A DNA stretch of 64,000 nucleotides, taken from the NCBI GenBank assembly GCA_029882525.1, contig JAOUKO010000001.1:241-64240 (forward strand), written 5' to 3'. Each line of letters starts with the position of its first letter. The stretch's first letter is position 1. The position numbers and the translations under genes are program-made. The DNA is from Candidatus Aminicenantes bacterium. Lineage in GTDB: Bacteria > Acidobacteriota > Aminicenantia > Aminicenantales > Aminicenantaceae. The notes beneath the pieces were generated by a model, which was given only the letters and a program-made list of their open reading frames with translations, was not told where the DNA came from and did not search any database. This document shows, in pieces, positions 9,208 to 19,705 of the stretch.

Positions 9208-10164
9208 ATGTTAAACCCGAAACGCATATTCCGGTTTTTCCGCAAGCCCGGATTCCTCTTCAAGCTTGTCTACAGTGACGATTACTGGACGGTCGACCTG
9301 GGACAGCATGTCTTTCCCGTACAGAAGTACAGACTCATCTTCGAAGCTCTCCTCCGGATGGGAGCCAGGAAGGAGGATTTTCTCCTTCCCCCTCTTCCTC
9401 GAGATGAGGACCTTTTTCTGGTTCATACTTCCAAGTACATTAAGAAATTGAAAACAGGAAACCTTTCCCATTCGGAGATCTTGACTCTGGAACTTCCTTA
9501 CTCTGAGGAGCTCTTGGAATTCGCGTTGCGGTTTGTCGGCGGAACCATTCTTACCGCCGAAAAGGCTCTGGAGGACGGGTTGGCAGTCCATATCGGAGGC
9601 GGCTTCCATCATGCTTTTTCTGATCATGGTGAGGGCTTCTGTGTCTTGAATGATGTCGCTGTTGCCCTGGAAAAGATGAAGCATGAGGGAAGGATTCAAA
9701 AAGCCATGGTGGTCGATTGCGACCTCCATCAGGGAAATGGAAATGCCTTCATTTTTGCCAAAAAGGATTATGCTTTTACTTTTTCCATCCACCAGATGGA
9801 TATCTATCCTGCTCAAAAGCCCTCGAGCTCAAAGGATGTAGGGTTGTGGTCGGGGGATGGAGATGAACAATACCTGAAAGAGCTGCGCTCTCACTTTCCT
9901 CTTTTATACGAAGAATTTCAGCCGGACCTTGTTTTTTATCTCGCCGGAGCTGATCCCTATGAGAAAGACCAGCTTGGCAGCTTAAAACTGACTCTTGAAG
10001 GGCTAAAAGAGCGGGACAGGATTGTGATCGAATCAGCCAGAAGGCTTCGTCTTCCTGTGGCGGTGATGTTTGCGGGTGGTTATGCTTGGGATGTGCATGA
10101 TACCGTCACCATTCATCTCAACACCATTAAAACGGCCCAGAAGATTCAGGGGAAATATCCTTAG
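9208..10164 (+). CDS. histone deacetylase/acetoin-utilisation (AcuC-like) family deacetylase
   Basis: HIGGGFHHAFSDHGEGFCVLNDVAVA and DCDLHQGNG motifs of arginase/deacetylase fold. Confidence 0.7.
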   Translation: MLNPKRIFRFFRKPGFLFKLVYSDDYWTVDLGQHVFPVQKYRLIFEALLRMGARKEDFLLPPLPRDEDLFLVHTSKYIKKLKTGNLSHSEILTLELPYSEELLEFALRFVGGTILTAEKALEDGLAVHIGGGFHHAFSDHGEGFCVLNDVAVALEKMKHEGRIQKAMVVDCDLHQGNGNAFIFAKKDYAFTFSIHQMDIYPAQKPSSSKDVGLWSGDGDEQYLKELRSHFPLLYEEFQPDLVFYLAGADPYEKDQLGSLKLTLEGLKERDRIVIESARRLRLPVAVMFAGGYAWDVHDTVTIHLNTIKTAQKIQGKYP

Positions 10165-10481
10165 CTTTTTGTTTCCTTTTCGATCCAGCCCAAATAATCT
10201 TTCAAACCTTGATGCACATCCAGGGCTATGATTTCTGGGATTTCATAGGGGTGGATCTCTCGTATCCTTTTTTCCAGCTCCTGATAGAGTGCCGTTCTGG
10301 TCTTAATGAAGAGGATATGTTCAGTCTCTCTGGCAATCTTTCCCTGCCACCGATAGAATGATAAGGAAGGAGCGGAGACTGTCACGCACGCAGCCAGCTT
10401 CTCTTTAACGAGTTGTTCAGCAATTTTTTGTCCGATTTTTTCCTCCGGGACCGTTGTCAAAACCAAGATGCATTTTTTCAA
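10161..10481 (-). CDS. cutA: divalent-cation tolerance protein CutA
   Basis: 106 aa, LAACV...YRWQG...E..L..KT motif pattern of CutA1. Confidence 0.7.
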   Translation of the reverse strand: MKKCILVLTTVPEEKIGQKIAEQLVKEKLAACVTVSAPSLSFYRWQGKIARETEHILFIKTRTALYQELEKRIREIHPYEIPEIIALDVHQGLKDYLGWIEKETKS

Positions 10482-10499
10482 TAAAAACCTCGCTTGCGC

Positions 10500-11729
10500 T
10501 TATTCCTGGAGGAAGATGTGGGCAAACACTTTTGCGTCCCCGACCATGTTGTCGATTATGCAGTATTCGTTGGGCTGATGGGCTGTCTCATCGAGTTTGG
10601 CCCAGCAGGCGGCTTCAAAATTGGCTCTTCGAAAAAGAGCCGCGACGGTTCCGCCGCCAATCCCGATGGCCTTGCCTTCCTTTCCGTAGATGGCCTTGAT
10701 CGCTTTTTTCAGGGCATGGACAACCGGCGCCTCTGCTGATGTCGGGGGGGCTGCAGGGGCTTTCTGGGTTTCTTTCACCTCAATTTTCACCTTGAACTCT
10801 TTTTCGATCTTGGCCGTCAGCTTTTCGATTTCGGCTTGGACTTCTTCTGTCGTGTACCTGGGCAAAATGCGGCTGTCCATGTAGAAAACATCTTCTCCGG
10901 GGATGGTGTTGATGTTGGGAACGTTGGGCTCTTTTTTTGTGGGCTCGAAAGTGGAGATGTCCGGGTCAAAGAGAGGATCCTTATAGGGGAAAATCTTATA
11001 GAGTTTGTTCAGCTCCGTGATGAGGAACGAGGCAGCCTTGAAGCTGTTGACTCCCTTTTCAGGAGTCGATCCGTGAGCCTGTTTGCCCAGTGTCTTGAAT
11101 TTCAGCCAGAGGATGCTTTTTTCAGCGACTTCGATCATCGTCCCCTCCTCGTTCCCGGCGTCCGGAACGATGATCAGGTCATTTTTCCGGAAAGCGTCGG
11201 TCTTGTTGAGGACATAATCGATTCCTTTCTCACTTCCTGTTTCCTCGTCAGCCACAAGAGCGATGCCGATATCATAGTTGGTCTTTATCCCTTCCTCAAA
11301 AAAAGCCTTTATAGCGAAGAGCGAGGCAACCATGTCCTGCTGGTTGTCTTCCACTCCCCGGCCGTATATTTTGCCTCCTTCCACCCATGCTTTGAAAGGA
11401 TCCCCTCTCCATAAAGCCAGCTCTCCAGGAGGAACAACATCCATATGGGTCATCACCCATATGGTTTTGGATGAATTTTTTCCCCTGAAGAATGCGAGAA
11501 TGTTCGGCCGGCAGCCGGCAGGAGCATCCAGGTCTGGAGCTTTGATGACCTCTATCTCGCTAAAGCCGTTTTTTTTCAGGAAGTCTAGCAGGACATCTGC
11601 TTTTTCGCCTTCCCCTTCTCCTCCGCTCGATGGTGCGATGGCTGGAATGGAGCTGAGTTTGATCTGTAAATCGATCATCTCATCGCGGAAGCTGTCGATT
11701 TTATGGAAGATTTTTTCCAGCTCAGTCAT
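10500..11729 (-). CDS. M20-family metallopeptidase (ArgE/DapE-like)
   Basis: 409 aa; MTHMDVVP, VADEETGS, dimerisation-domain pattern of M20 peptidases. Confidence 0.7.
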   Translation of the reverse strand: MTELEKIFHKIDSFRDEMIDLQIKLSSIPAIAPSSGGEGEGEKADVLLDFLKKNGFSEIEVIKAPDLDAPAGCRPNILAFFRGKNSSKTIWVMTHMDVVPPGELALWRGDPFKAWVEGGKIYGRGVEDNQQDMVASLFAIKAFFEEGIKTNYDIGIALVADEETGSEKGIDYVLNKTDAFRKNDLIIVPDAGNEEGTMIEVAEKSILWLKFKTLGKQAHGSTPEKGVNSFKAASFLITELNKLYKIFPYKDPLFDPDISTFEPTKKEPNVPNINTIPGEDVFYMDSRILPRYTTEEVQAEIEKLTAKIEKEFKVKIEVKETQKAPAAPPTSAEAPVVHALKKAIKAIYGKEGKAIGIGGGTVAALFRRANFEAACWAKLDETAHQPNEYCIIDNMVGDAKVFAHIFLQE

Positions 11730-11778
11730 GGGGATTCTCCTTTTGGTGAGAATAGTAGCACTTGCCTGAGCTTAAGGC

Positions 11779-12140
11779 AAGCTTTTTGCGTGTTCTCTAT
11801 TTCCGTGATGAGGGAAACATCCCACCTAATGTAAACGCAGTAAATAAGGGTACAATCTCTGTGCGGCCTGGATGCCGCCCTCAACCCCCGGACCCCGAGG
11901 GAACCTGTCCCGTCGGTTCCCCCCGTCGGATAAGCCGACGAGTCCCCCCTCCGCTACGGGGGCGCAGGGGCGGCATCCAGGCCCGCTCAATAGAGGATGT
12001 CACACGAATTATTGCGTTAATATGAGTTGAGAAGTGCGGCGGCGGTTCCCCTCTATCCGAAGCCCATGAAGGAGGGGGGGAGGGTCTTGGCTGGGATGGA
12101 GAGGAATCGGAGTTTTAACAGATTACACCTCCATTAAAAC
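11779..12140 (-). repeat. Composite repeat: family-A element (copy 3) interrupted by GC-rich B-module (approx 11829-12020)
   Basis: Reverse complement aligns with copy 2 up to cacttctcaa, then with the 37120-37313 B-module, then with the family-A tail ...gggatgtttccctcatcacgg. Confidence 0.75.
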
Positions 12141-12152
12141 CTCAAGAGCATT

Positions 12153-12734
12153 CTAGGCTTCCTTAGGGCGGCTAAGCATCCTGATCCCGACAAAAGAGTA
12201 ATCCACTGCAGAGAGAACGGTGAAAATAAGTGTCAGGAGATAGAGCCAGATGAGCAGCGGGAATGAAACCTGTCTGGTGTTGAGGAAAAGGACGATGAGA
12301 ATGACCATGACCTGGAGGACAGTGCAACTTTTTCCGAGAAGGGTGGGCAGAAAGCTTTTTTGGCCTCTAAGTAAATAGAGGATGAAGGCGGCAGAGACGA
12401 TGAGCAGATCCCGGCCGATAACAGTTAGGGTCAGCCAGAGAGGAATGACGTTCGGAGAGTTCAGGGAAGGGATGGTCAGGATAATGAAGGAGGCGGTCAT
12501 CAGGAGTTTGTCCGCGGCTGGGTCCAGGAAGGCTCCTATTTTTGTTTTCATATGCCAGATCCGGGCCGTGAACCCGTCCAGGACGTCCGTGAAGCCAGCA
12601 AAAAGAAAGACAACGAATGCTTCGGGAGTCTTCCTCTTGACCATCAAGAACAGGAAGACGGGAATGAGGAGTATTCTCAAGATGCTGAGAAGGTTGGGCG
12701 GGTTAAGGACTGTGTTTTTCTTTTCTCTATTCAT
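12153..12734 (-). CDS. pgsA: CDP-alcohol phosphatidyltransferase (phosphatidylglycerophosphate synthase-like)
   Basis: 193 aa, DG..AR.....T..G...D...DK motif, 4-6 TM helices. Confidence 0.65.
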   Translation of the reverse strand: MNREKKNTVLNPPNLLSILRILLIPVFLFLMVKRKTPEAFVVFLFAGFTDVLDGFTARIWHMKTKIGAFLDPAADKLLMTASFIILTIPSLNSPNVIPLWLTLTVIGRDLLIVSAAFILYLLRGQKSFLPTLLGKSCTVLQVMVILIVLFLNTRQVSFPLLIWLYLLTLIFTVLSAVDYSFVGIRMLSRPKEA

Positions 12735-12770
12735 CTCAGGAATATCTTCAATCTAGATAGCTCGCTTGAT

Positions 12771-14093
12771 TCATTTTATCAAAGCCAGGATGATATCCAA
12801 TAGTTTTATCGCCTCCTCTCCGGAAACAGTCGAGTCGGGCTCGAACGTCCTATCCAGGGAGAGTTCCATGATGCTATAAGAAAGCATCTTGAGAATCGGT
12901 TGATAGTAGTAATTCTGGGGAGAGACATCAGAGATTTCGATCCTGTCCGGGGGGATTTGCTGGATGAATTTATATCCTTTCTTTTCGAGATAGACAGTGA
13001 ATTGGGAGAGTATATTTGCCATTTCTGCTCGAGTGACAGTCTTTTTTGGCTGGAAAGTATGATTCGGGTATATCCCCATGATCTGAAGTGACGAGATTTG
13101 AAGGATGAATTTTGAAGCCCAGGAGGCGGAAATATCGATGATGATGGGTGGTGAATCCGTCATCTCGTCCACGATTCCCTTGAACTTGACAGCCAGAAGA
13201 GCGGCCATTTCCTCCCGGGTTATGGAATCAGAGGAAGGGATGGATTCATACTTGCTGGGAAGTTCGAATATATCGAGCCTTTTCCTTAAGCCTTGGATTT
13301 GATCCTCTGCCTCTTTATTTTCCGGGTCCAGCTTCTGCAGCTGCTCGTAGATGGCCAGGCTTTTAGTGTGCTGGCCTGCCTGCGAGAGGGTTTCAGCGTA
13401 TTTTTTTAATATTTCCTTGTTCCCCGGTTCACTGGTGCTCGCCGCTTTCAAGTGGACTAAAGCGTTTTGAAGCTTGTTTTCCTTTATGTAGATATCGGCG
13501 AGAGTGAGATGGGATTTGGTGTGCTGAGGGGAATAGTAGAGAGCCTTGAGCAGCGCGGCTTTGGCTCTTTTGGTGTCGCCTTCAGTCAGAGAAGTCTGGG
13601 CTTCTTCCTCGACCTCCTCCATTTTTCTGTTCTTCAGGGCTTCATACTGCTCCTTCGCCCAGGGATTTTCCGGCTCTGTTTTAAGCACTTCCCTGAAAGC
13701 AGCGAACGCCTGGTCATCTCGCCCTGTCTCCTGGTAGATCTGGGCCAGACCGGCGTGAGCGAGTGCAAGCTCGGGTCGTTCTTCAAGAGCCTTTCTGAAG
13801 AATTTCTCAGCAGACTGCAGTTTATTCGTAAGAAAATTGATGTAGCCTAGGCTTACATTGTAGATCGGGCTGTCCATGCCCAGTCTGGAAACTGTCTTTT
13901 CGGCCCTGCTTCCTCTGCCCTGTTTCAGGTCGGTCCACACTTCTTCGGCGAGGATTCTCTCTTCCAATGTCAGTTCAGCCGCGATTGAGGGTGGGAGACT
14001 TCCAATGTATAGAGAAGGCGGAGGGGCTTGATAGGTTGCACATGACCAAAGCCCTGTTAAGAGCAAAAAGACGATGAATGCTTTTTTTACCAA
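12771..14093 (-). CDS. TPR-repeat protein with C-terminal S-layer-homology (SLH) domain
   Basis: Signal peptide; TPR units in residues about 60-260; C-terminal SWASKFILQISSLQIMGIYPNHTFQPKKTVTRAEMANIL matches SLH consensus. Confidence 0.55.
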   Translation of the reverse strand: MVKKAFIVFLLLTGLWSCATYQAPPPSLYIGSLPPSIAAELTLEERILAEEVWTDLKQGRGSRAEKTVSRLGMDSPIYNVSLGYINFLTNKLQSAEKFFRKALEERPELALAHAGLAQIYQETGRDDQAFAAFREVLKTEPENPWAKEQYEALKNRKMEEVEEEAQTSLTEGDTKRAKAALLKALYYSPQHTKSHLTLADIYIKENKLQNALVHLKAASTSEPGNKEILKKYAETLSQAGQHTKSLAIYEQLQKLDPENKEAEDQIQGLRKRLDIFELPSKYESIPSSDSITREEMAALLAVKFKGIVDEMTDSPPIIIDISASWASKFILQISSLQIMGIYPNHTFQPKKTVTRAEMANILSQFTVYLEKKGYKFIQQIPPDRIEISDVSPQNYYYQPILKMLSYSIMELSLDRTFEPDSTVSGEEAIKLLDIILALIK

Positions 14094-15349
14094 TTCTCTT
14101 CTCCTCTTTTTATATAGGGTGAATAATTCACCATGGCCTGAGGATTGGCCATGATTTTCAATTCAGAATAATCTCCGTTCTTTCTTCTTTTTAAGACCAC
14201 CGTCCATTTGGAAAAAGACTGGATCAGGTCTCTCTCGGAGTTTGGGATACGCAGATAGAACAATTCCATCTCTCTAAAAAGGACTGCCCTCAGACGTGAC
14301 TTGAGGTCTGGGATTCCGTCCCCTGTTTTTGCGGAAGTGTACAGGGAAAGGCCGTTAGAGAGCCGGTTTCTTTTTAACAGCTCTTCCTTATCAGGAAGAA
14401 GGTCGATTTTATTGCAGACGTTGATGATTGGAACGTCAGGCACACCAATATCTGAGAGTGTCGATTCCACTGCTTCGACCTGACCCTCATAGTTGGGACG
14501 GGTTATGTCTATTACGTGAAGAATACAATCCGCTTCTTTGAGCTCCTCAAGCGTGGCGCGAAAGGAAGTGATCAGCTCGACCGGGATTTTTTTGATGAAC
14601 CCGACTGTATCACTCAAAAAGAAATAGAGGCCGTCAGCAAAGCTCACTCGGCGGAGGATGGGGTCCAGAGTCGCGAAGAGCTGAGGCGATGTGAATATTT
14701 TTTCCTGGGAAAGGCAGTTGAATAGAGTGGATTTGCCTGCATTCGTGTATCCGACGAGAGACACGAACGGGATGGGGCTTTTTTTTCTTCTTTCTCTCTG
14801 GTCGGCGCGTCTTTTTTGAATATTCGAGATTTCCTTATTGATTTTGGAGATCCTGTCCTGGATTCTTCGTCTGTCTTCTTCCAGCTTTTTCTCTCCAGGT
14901 CCGCGGGTGCCGATGCCGCCTCCCAGCCGCGAAAGGGCTGTTCCCTTTCCCAGAAGACGCGGCAGGTAATAGATGAGCTGGGCCAGCTCAACCTGAAGCT
15001 TCCCCTCTTTGCTCATGGCGTGTTGGGCGAATATATCAAGGATCAACTGTGTCCGGTCTATGACTTTCGCCTTTATATCGTCCTCCAGATTTTGCTGCTG
15101 GACGGGGCGGAGGTTATTGTCAAAGATGATCAGGTCGGCTTCAGTCTCTTCTTTTAAAAGGCTGATCTCAGAGACCTTTCCTTCGCCTATGAGGTATTTG
15201 GGGCTGATTTCTGTTCGGAACTGGAAGACTTCCGCGACAACCTCAGCGCCGGCTGTGCTGGCCAGCCCTTTGAGTTCTCTCATGGATTCTTGCGCTTCTG
15301 ATTTTTCCTTTTTATTCGTGGAGAGGTGGATAAGGATTGCCTTTTCCAT
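14087..15349 (-). CDS. hflX: GTPase HflX
   Basis: N-terminal HflX domain, GYTNAGKST G1 motif, DTVGF, NKID. Confidence 0.85.
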   Translation of the reverse strand: MEKAILIHLSTNKKEKSEAQESMRELKGLASTAGAEVVAEVFQFRTEISPKYLIGEGKVSEISLLKEETEADLIIFDNNLRPVQQQNLEDDIKAKVIDRTQLILDIFAQHAMSKEGKLQVELAQLIYYLPRLLGKGTALSRLGGGIGTRGPGEKKLEEDRRRIQDRISKINKEISNIQKRRADQRERRKKSPIPFVSLVGYTNAGKSTLFNCLSQEKIFTSPQLFATLDPILRRVSFADGLYFFLSDTVGFIKKIPVELITSFRATLEELKEADCILHVIDITRPNYEGQVEAVESTLSDIGVPDVPIINVCNKIDLLPDKEELLKRNRLSNGLSLYTSAKTGDGIPDLKSRLRAVLFREMELFYLRIPNSERDLIQSFSKWTVVLKRRKNGDYSELKIMANPQAMVNYSPYIKRGEENW

Positions 15350-15350
15350 T

Positions 15351-16274
15351 TTATTCGAGGTTGTCCTTGATGAATTTCAAGACCGCATCAAAATCATTGG
15401 GAGAGAACCAGTTTATCCCTTCCATTTTCCTGAACCAGGTCATCTGTCTTTTGACATAGCGTCGAGTATCCCTTTTCGTCAATAAGATCGCTTCTTCCAG
15501 CGGCATTTCTTTTCTGATGAACTTCAGGACATTTTTATAGCCTAAGGCCCGGAATGGGGGGGAATTCTCATCCACTTCTTGCTTGAGAAGATTCTCCACT
15601 TCTCTGATCATACCCTTTTCGAACATTTTATCGGTTCTCTTTTCTATCTTTTTATAGAGTACCTGTCTTTCTAATTTTAACCCAATTCTTATTATATTGA
15701 AATCGTCCACATGGGATCTTGTGTTTAAGAAGTGCTGAGAGAGAGGTTTTTGAGTGGAGAGAAAGATCTCGAGCGCGCGGATGATCCTGACTTTATCGTT
15801 ATCATGGATTTTTTGACAGGAGGCCGGGTCGACTTCCATGAGCTTCGCCCTCAGGCTTTCCAGGCCCTTTTCCTGCGCTTCCTTCTCCAGTTTCTGTCGA
15901 AGCTCGGGGTCTCTCTTTCCCTCAGGGAATAGACCATCAAGGAGAGCTTTCAAGTAGAGACCTGTTCCTCCCACGATGATAGGGATTTTCTTTCTTCTCA
16001 GTACGTCTTTTATGGCTTTTAGAGCCTGGTCGACGAAATCCGCAGCCGTGTATTGGGTAGAGAAGTCGGCAACATCAAGGAGATGATGCGGGATGCCTTC
16101 TCTCTTTTTAAGGGGAATTTTATCTGTGCCGACATCAAACCCTTTGTAGACCTGCATGGAGTCGCAGTTGATGATTTCACCCCCCAATTTCTTGGAGAGC
16201 CTCACAGCGATGGAGCTTTTGCCCACCCCTGTAGGACCCAGGATGACGATCAGGTTCTTGGCTTTAGAGTGCAA
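15351..16274 (-). CDS. miaA: tRNA dimethylallyltransferase
   Basis: GPTGVGKS P-loop, DSMQVYKG.D.GT.K, IIVGGTGLY. Confidence 0.85.
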   Translation of the reverse strand: MHSKAKNLIVILGPTGVGKSSIAVRLSKKLGGEIINCDSMQVYKGFDVGTDKIPLKKREGIPHHLLDVADFSTQYTAADFVDQALKAIKDVLRRKKIPIIVGGTGLYLKALLDGLFPEGKRDPELRQKLEKEAQEKGLESLRAKLMEVDPASCQKIHDNDKVRIIRALEIFLSTQKPLSQHFLNTRSHVDDFNIIRIGLKLERQVLYKKIEKRTDKMFEKGMIREVENLLKQEVDENSPPFRALGYKNVLKFIRKEMPLEEAILLTKRDTRRYVKRQMTWFRKMEGINWFSPNDFDAVLKFIKDNLE

Positions 16275-16631
16275 TTTTTACCAGAAGAAGAACAAAGAGA
16301 AGCGTTAGGAAGAGGAGAAGAGCAAGAATCTGTTTCCTTTTCAATCTATTTCTCCAATTCTTTCTGTGCTTTTGCTAAGCGCGGCTTCGAGTACTTTCCC
16401 CAAGGTTTTTTTATGAATGTGTCCAGGTTGATGTTCATCTCGCCCCTTTTCGAGATGAAGGCTCTTTTCCTCATCCTCATTTTTAGGCTCAAGTTTCCGG
16501 GCTTCTTTTTCCGTCGGAGGACAAAACAGAGATGAGTCAAGGGAGTGTTGGCGAGACTTTCCTCGGGGAGGCGTTCTTCCATACAGATAATGTATAGATG
16601 AAGGAACTCACTGTCAAACGGAAAGCGATCT

Positions 16632-17327
16632 CTACCTGCCCAGGAATCCCAGGCCGACGTAGAGAAGGCTCTTGAGGAACCAGAAACCGTAAGAAATGAA
16701 GAGGGCTTTCTTCAGCTCTACCTTGAAGACAGAAGAGAGGCCGTAGCCAAGAATTCCAAAGAGCCAGAGCTGGAAAAAGTCAAACTGGCTCAATACCCTG
16801 AAAGCAGTCGAGGTGACTTCCAGGCGGGGGAAGAAGACGGCGAGTGAGGTCGTGGTCTGGAAGATGGATTTGCGGCGGAGAATCAGGACAAGCCGGACTG
16901 CGTTCCCCAGGATTTTATCCACAAAGCTGGCATGGATGTAGACGGATAGAAGCTGCTTGTAGTTTCCTTCGGTTGAGAACATCCGGCCCATAGCCAGAAG
17001 AATCAGTGGTGGAAGGAAGAAGCCGATGAGGTTCGCAAAAAGAGGACTGATAATCGTTAAAAAGATCCGGAACCATGGTGGAGGGTTTTCCATGAATTCA
17101 AGCTGTCTGTTGAACGCCTCTTCTCCCATTCTTTCCTGTCGCCTGACGTCATTTTTCAGGGTTTGAAGCGAATCCTGGAGAAGGTAAGGCCCGATAACCG
17201 CACTAAAGATGATTAAGAGGACGAGAAGAATGATCAGCGCATCAATCCAGACAGGTTTTTCAGAGACTGCCTTAAGGGTTTCCTTAGGACTGAAAAACAC
17301 TCCCTGCAATCGGTTAAAAAAGTTCAT
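16632..17327 (-). CDS. Yip1-domain membrane protein (YknW-like), last gene of ABC/MFP operon
   Basis: 231 aa, 5 hydrophobic helices, N-terminal [18 protein letters not shown] typical of bacterial Yip1 proteins; 4-nt overlap with upstream ATPase gene. Confidence 0.5.
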   Translation of the reverse strand: MNFFNRLQGVFFSPKETLKAVSEKPVWIDALIILLVLLIIFSAVIGPYLLQDSLQTLKNDVRRQERMGEEAFNRQLEFMENPPPWFRIFLTIISPLFANLIGFFLPPLILLAMGRMFSTEGNYKQLLSVYIHASFVDKILGNAVRLVLILRRKSIFQTTTSLAVFFPRLEVTSTAFRVLSQFDFFQLWLFGILGYGLSSVFKVELKKALFISYGFWFLKSLLYVGLGFLGR

Positions 17328-18031
17328 GTCAGCCCTCCTTTGCGTTCGTCCTGGATTATCCTTCCATCTTTGAGATGGATGATTCGCTGGGCTCGTGCGG
17401 CGATATCCCTGTCGTGAGTGACGATGATGATGGTGTTTCCCTCGGAGTGAATTTTGTGGAAAAGGGAAAGGATCTCCTGACCTGTTTTGGAATCCAGGTT
17501 TCCTGTAGGCTCATCTGCTAAGAGTAAGGATGGATCGTTGACCAGGGCGCGGGCAATAGCCACTCTCTGCCTTTCGCCGCCCGAAAGCTCTGAAGGCCGG
17601 TGGTTCATCCTGTCGGTCATTTCCACCATTTGCAGCGCCTTCTTGGTCTTTTCCTCTCTTTCTTTCTTCCTGGCTCCTTTGTAGATAAGCGGGATTTCTA
17701 CGTTGTGGAATGCAGTTGCTCGAGGAAGGAGGTTAAAGACCTGGAAGACGAACCCGATCTCTCTGTTGCGGATGAAGGCCAGTTCGTTGTCGCTGAGCGT
17801 ACTCACCAGTTTTTTTTTGAGGTAATATTTTCCTTTTGTGGGAGTGTCCAGACAGCCTATGATGTTCATCAGGGTGGATTTGCCTGAGCCGGAAGGGCCC
17901 ATGATGGCCACAAATTCATTCTGATAGATGGTGAACGTGGCTTCGCGGAGAGCATTGACTTCCTGTTTTCCCAGCTGGTAGACCTTCCACAGGTCTTCTG
18001 CGGAGATAATGATGTTGTTTTCGCTGGTCAT
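17324..18031 (-). CDS. ABC transporter ATP-binding protein (MacB/LolD/YknY type)
   Basis: Walker [25 protein letters not shown] signature, Walker B LLLADEPT. Confidence 0.85.
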   Translation of the reverse strand: MTSENNIIISAEDLWKVYQLGKQEVNALREATFTIYQNEFVAIMGPSGSGKSTLMNIIGCLDTPTKGKYYLKKKLVSTLSDNELAFIRNREIGFVFQVFNLLPRATAFHNVEIPLIYKGARKKEREEKTKKALQMVEMTDRMNHRPSELSGGERQRVAIARALVNDPSLLLADEPTGNLDSKTGQEILSLFHKIHSEGNTIIIVTHDRDIAARAQRIIHLKDGRIIQDERKGGLT

Positions 18032-18036
18032 GATTT

Positions 18037-19263
18037 TTATTTTTCCTCTTTCTTTTCTTCCTGTTTGATGAGGGTGTCATCTTTGAGCTGGCGAAGGGCG
18101 CTGTAGGGCCCGACTACGATCTCCTGTCCTTCTTCCAATCCGGAGGTGATCTCGATATTCATCTCGCCCATGATTCCCTTCTTCACGGGATAGAACTTTA
18201 CGCGGCTGTTCTCGACGACATAGACTCCCTCTTCCTGCCCGTCACCTTTCTCTTTTTCTTTCTCCTCTTTTTCCCGGAGGATCAGGGCAGAGATCGGCAC
18301 AGCCAGAATGTCTTTTTTCTCCGCGGTGATGATGTCTGCCGAGGCGGAAAGACCGGGCTTGAGGCTATTGGGAGGATTCTCGAGGGTGATGACCACCTTG
18401 AAGTCCTTGGACTCCTGGGAAATGGTTGTCGTCTGCAGGGCAGAGCTGCCGATTTCGGTGACCTTCCCCTCTAGGGTCTGGTCTGGCAGGGCGTCAACTC
18501 TCACTTCTGCTCGGTGTCCGAGCTCAACTCCGATGACATCCGTTTCGTCGACTTCCACTTCAACTTCCATCACGGAGAGGTCGGCAATGGTCATCAGGAC
18601 GGTACCGGGATTGTTCATGGTGCCGATGATGGCCACCTCCCCTTCCTCGACTCGGAGACTGGTGATGATTCCATCAATCGGAGAGTTGTAAACGGTTTTG
18701 CTGAGTGTATCCAGGGTGCTCTCAAGGGAAGCTTGCGCCTGTTCGATTTGGTAAATGATAGCCTTGTGCTGGGCTTTCGATATATCATACTGGGCTTCAG
18801 CCGCTTCCAGCTGCTCTTCTGAAATGAGGTCTTCTTCGAAAAGCTTTTTTTGTCTTTGATAAAAGCTTTCATCTTTTTTCAGTGTGGCTTCAGCACGTAT
18901 GAGTTCAGCTCTGTGGGAGGAGATAAGAGCACGGTCACGGTTAGCCATGGCCTCGAATTGGGTCGAGTCAAGCTTCAGGAGGAAATCATCCTTCTTGACT
19001 CTTTGCCCTTCCTCTACACCTATCTTGACGATTCTCCCCGAGACATGGGCACTGATGTTCACGTTTTTTTTGGGCTTGACTTCCCCTGAGGCTGAGATCT
19101 TCGAGGTCAAGTTGTCTTTTTTGACCTTCTCCACAGTCACTCGTATGGATTTTTCTCGCTGTGATTGAAGGTTGAAGATGACGATGATAGCGATAAAGAC
19201 GATGACGGCGGAAATGATGATTGCTTTTTTTCTTCTCTTAAAGAAGCTCTTTTTTTCACTCAT
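18037..19263 (-). CDS. periplasmic adaptor / membrane-fusion protein (HlyD/MacA/YknX family)
   Basis: N-terminal TM anchor, biotinyl-lipoyl-like hairpin GEVKP...[11 protein letters not shown], long coiled-coil, beta-barrel C-terminus. Confidence 0.75.
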   Translation of the reverse strand: MSEKKSFFKRRKKAIIISAVIVFIAIIVIFNLQSQREKSIRVTVEKVKKDNLTSKISASGEVKPKKNVNISAHVSGRIVKIGVEEGQRVKKDDFLLKLDSTQFEAMANRDRALISSHRAELIRAEATLKKDESFYQRQKKLFEEDLISEEQLEAAEAQYDISKAQHKAIIYQIEQAQASLESTLDTLSKTVYNSPIDGIITSLRVEEGEVAIIGTMNNPGTVLMTIADLSVMEVEVEVDETDVIGVELGHRAEVRVDALPDQTLEGKVTEIGSSALQTTTISQESKDFKVVITLENPPNSLKPGLSASADIITAEKKDILAVPISALILREKEEKEKEKGDGQEEGVYVVENSRVKFYPVKKGIMGEMNIEITSGLEEGQEIVVGPYSALRQLKDDTLIKQEEKKEEK

Positions 19264-19326
19264 CTCTTGTGCCTCTCTGGATTTGTTATCTTATTATATT
19301 ACGGAATAAAAGGCAAAAAGTTTAGG

Positions 19327-19606
19327 AGGAACATTTCCAAATCCGTGATGAAAGAATGATTTTGGAAATCCCCTCGCTCCCTTCAGATTTTTAACGCCAT
19401 TCCTTCACCGCCCTCTGCGGCGGTCTCAAAACTGCGCACTTCAACGTTAAGCTCAAAAGGAATATCCGAACTATCATCTCACATCTCCCTTTGATTCTCT
19501 TCTGCTCAAACATTTCGACCGGCCGGAAGGCTTCCCTTGAGGGCGTTTCAGTAAGGCTAAATCTTCAAGGTCGCTTCGGATTTTTCCAAAATCATTTCCA
19601 TCCGTC
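19327..19606. repeat. Family-B MITE copy (TIR GGAAC..GGAAATC..CGCTCC..GATTTTTAACGCC)
   Basis: Ends match the 40-bp terminal inverted repeats of the 31705-32103 element; internal similarity to 31740-31990. Confidence 0.6.
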
Positions 19607-19705
19607 TTTACTATAATAGATTTGCCAATGCTTACAGATTACGGGGAGTCTACCCTAATATGTGGCTTGAAAAGGGAGAGGTTGGTAATGTAATATGGAA
19701 GGATT

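Noticed and set aside
16346-16582. 78-aa highly basic ORF between miaA and the Yip1 gene
   Set aside because: No RBS, low complexity (K/R-rich) and no recognisable family. It might be real, but it is unsupported.
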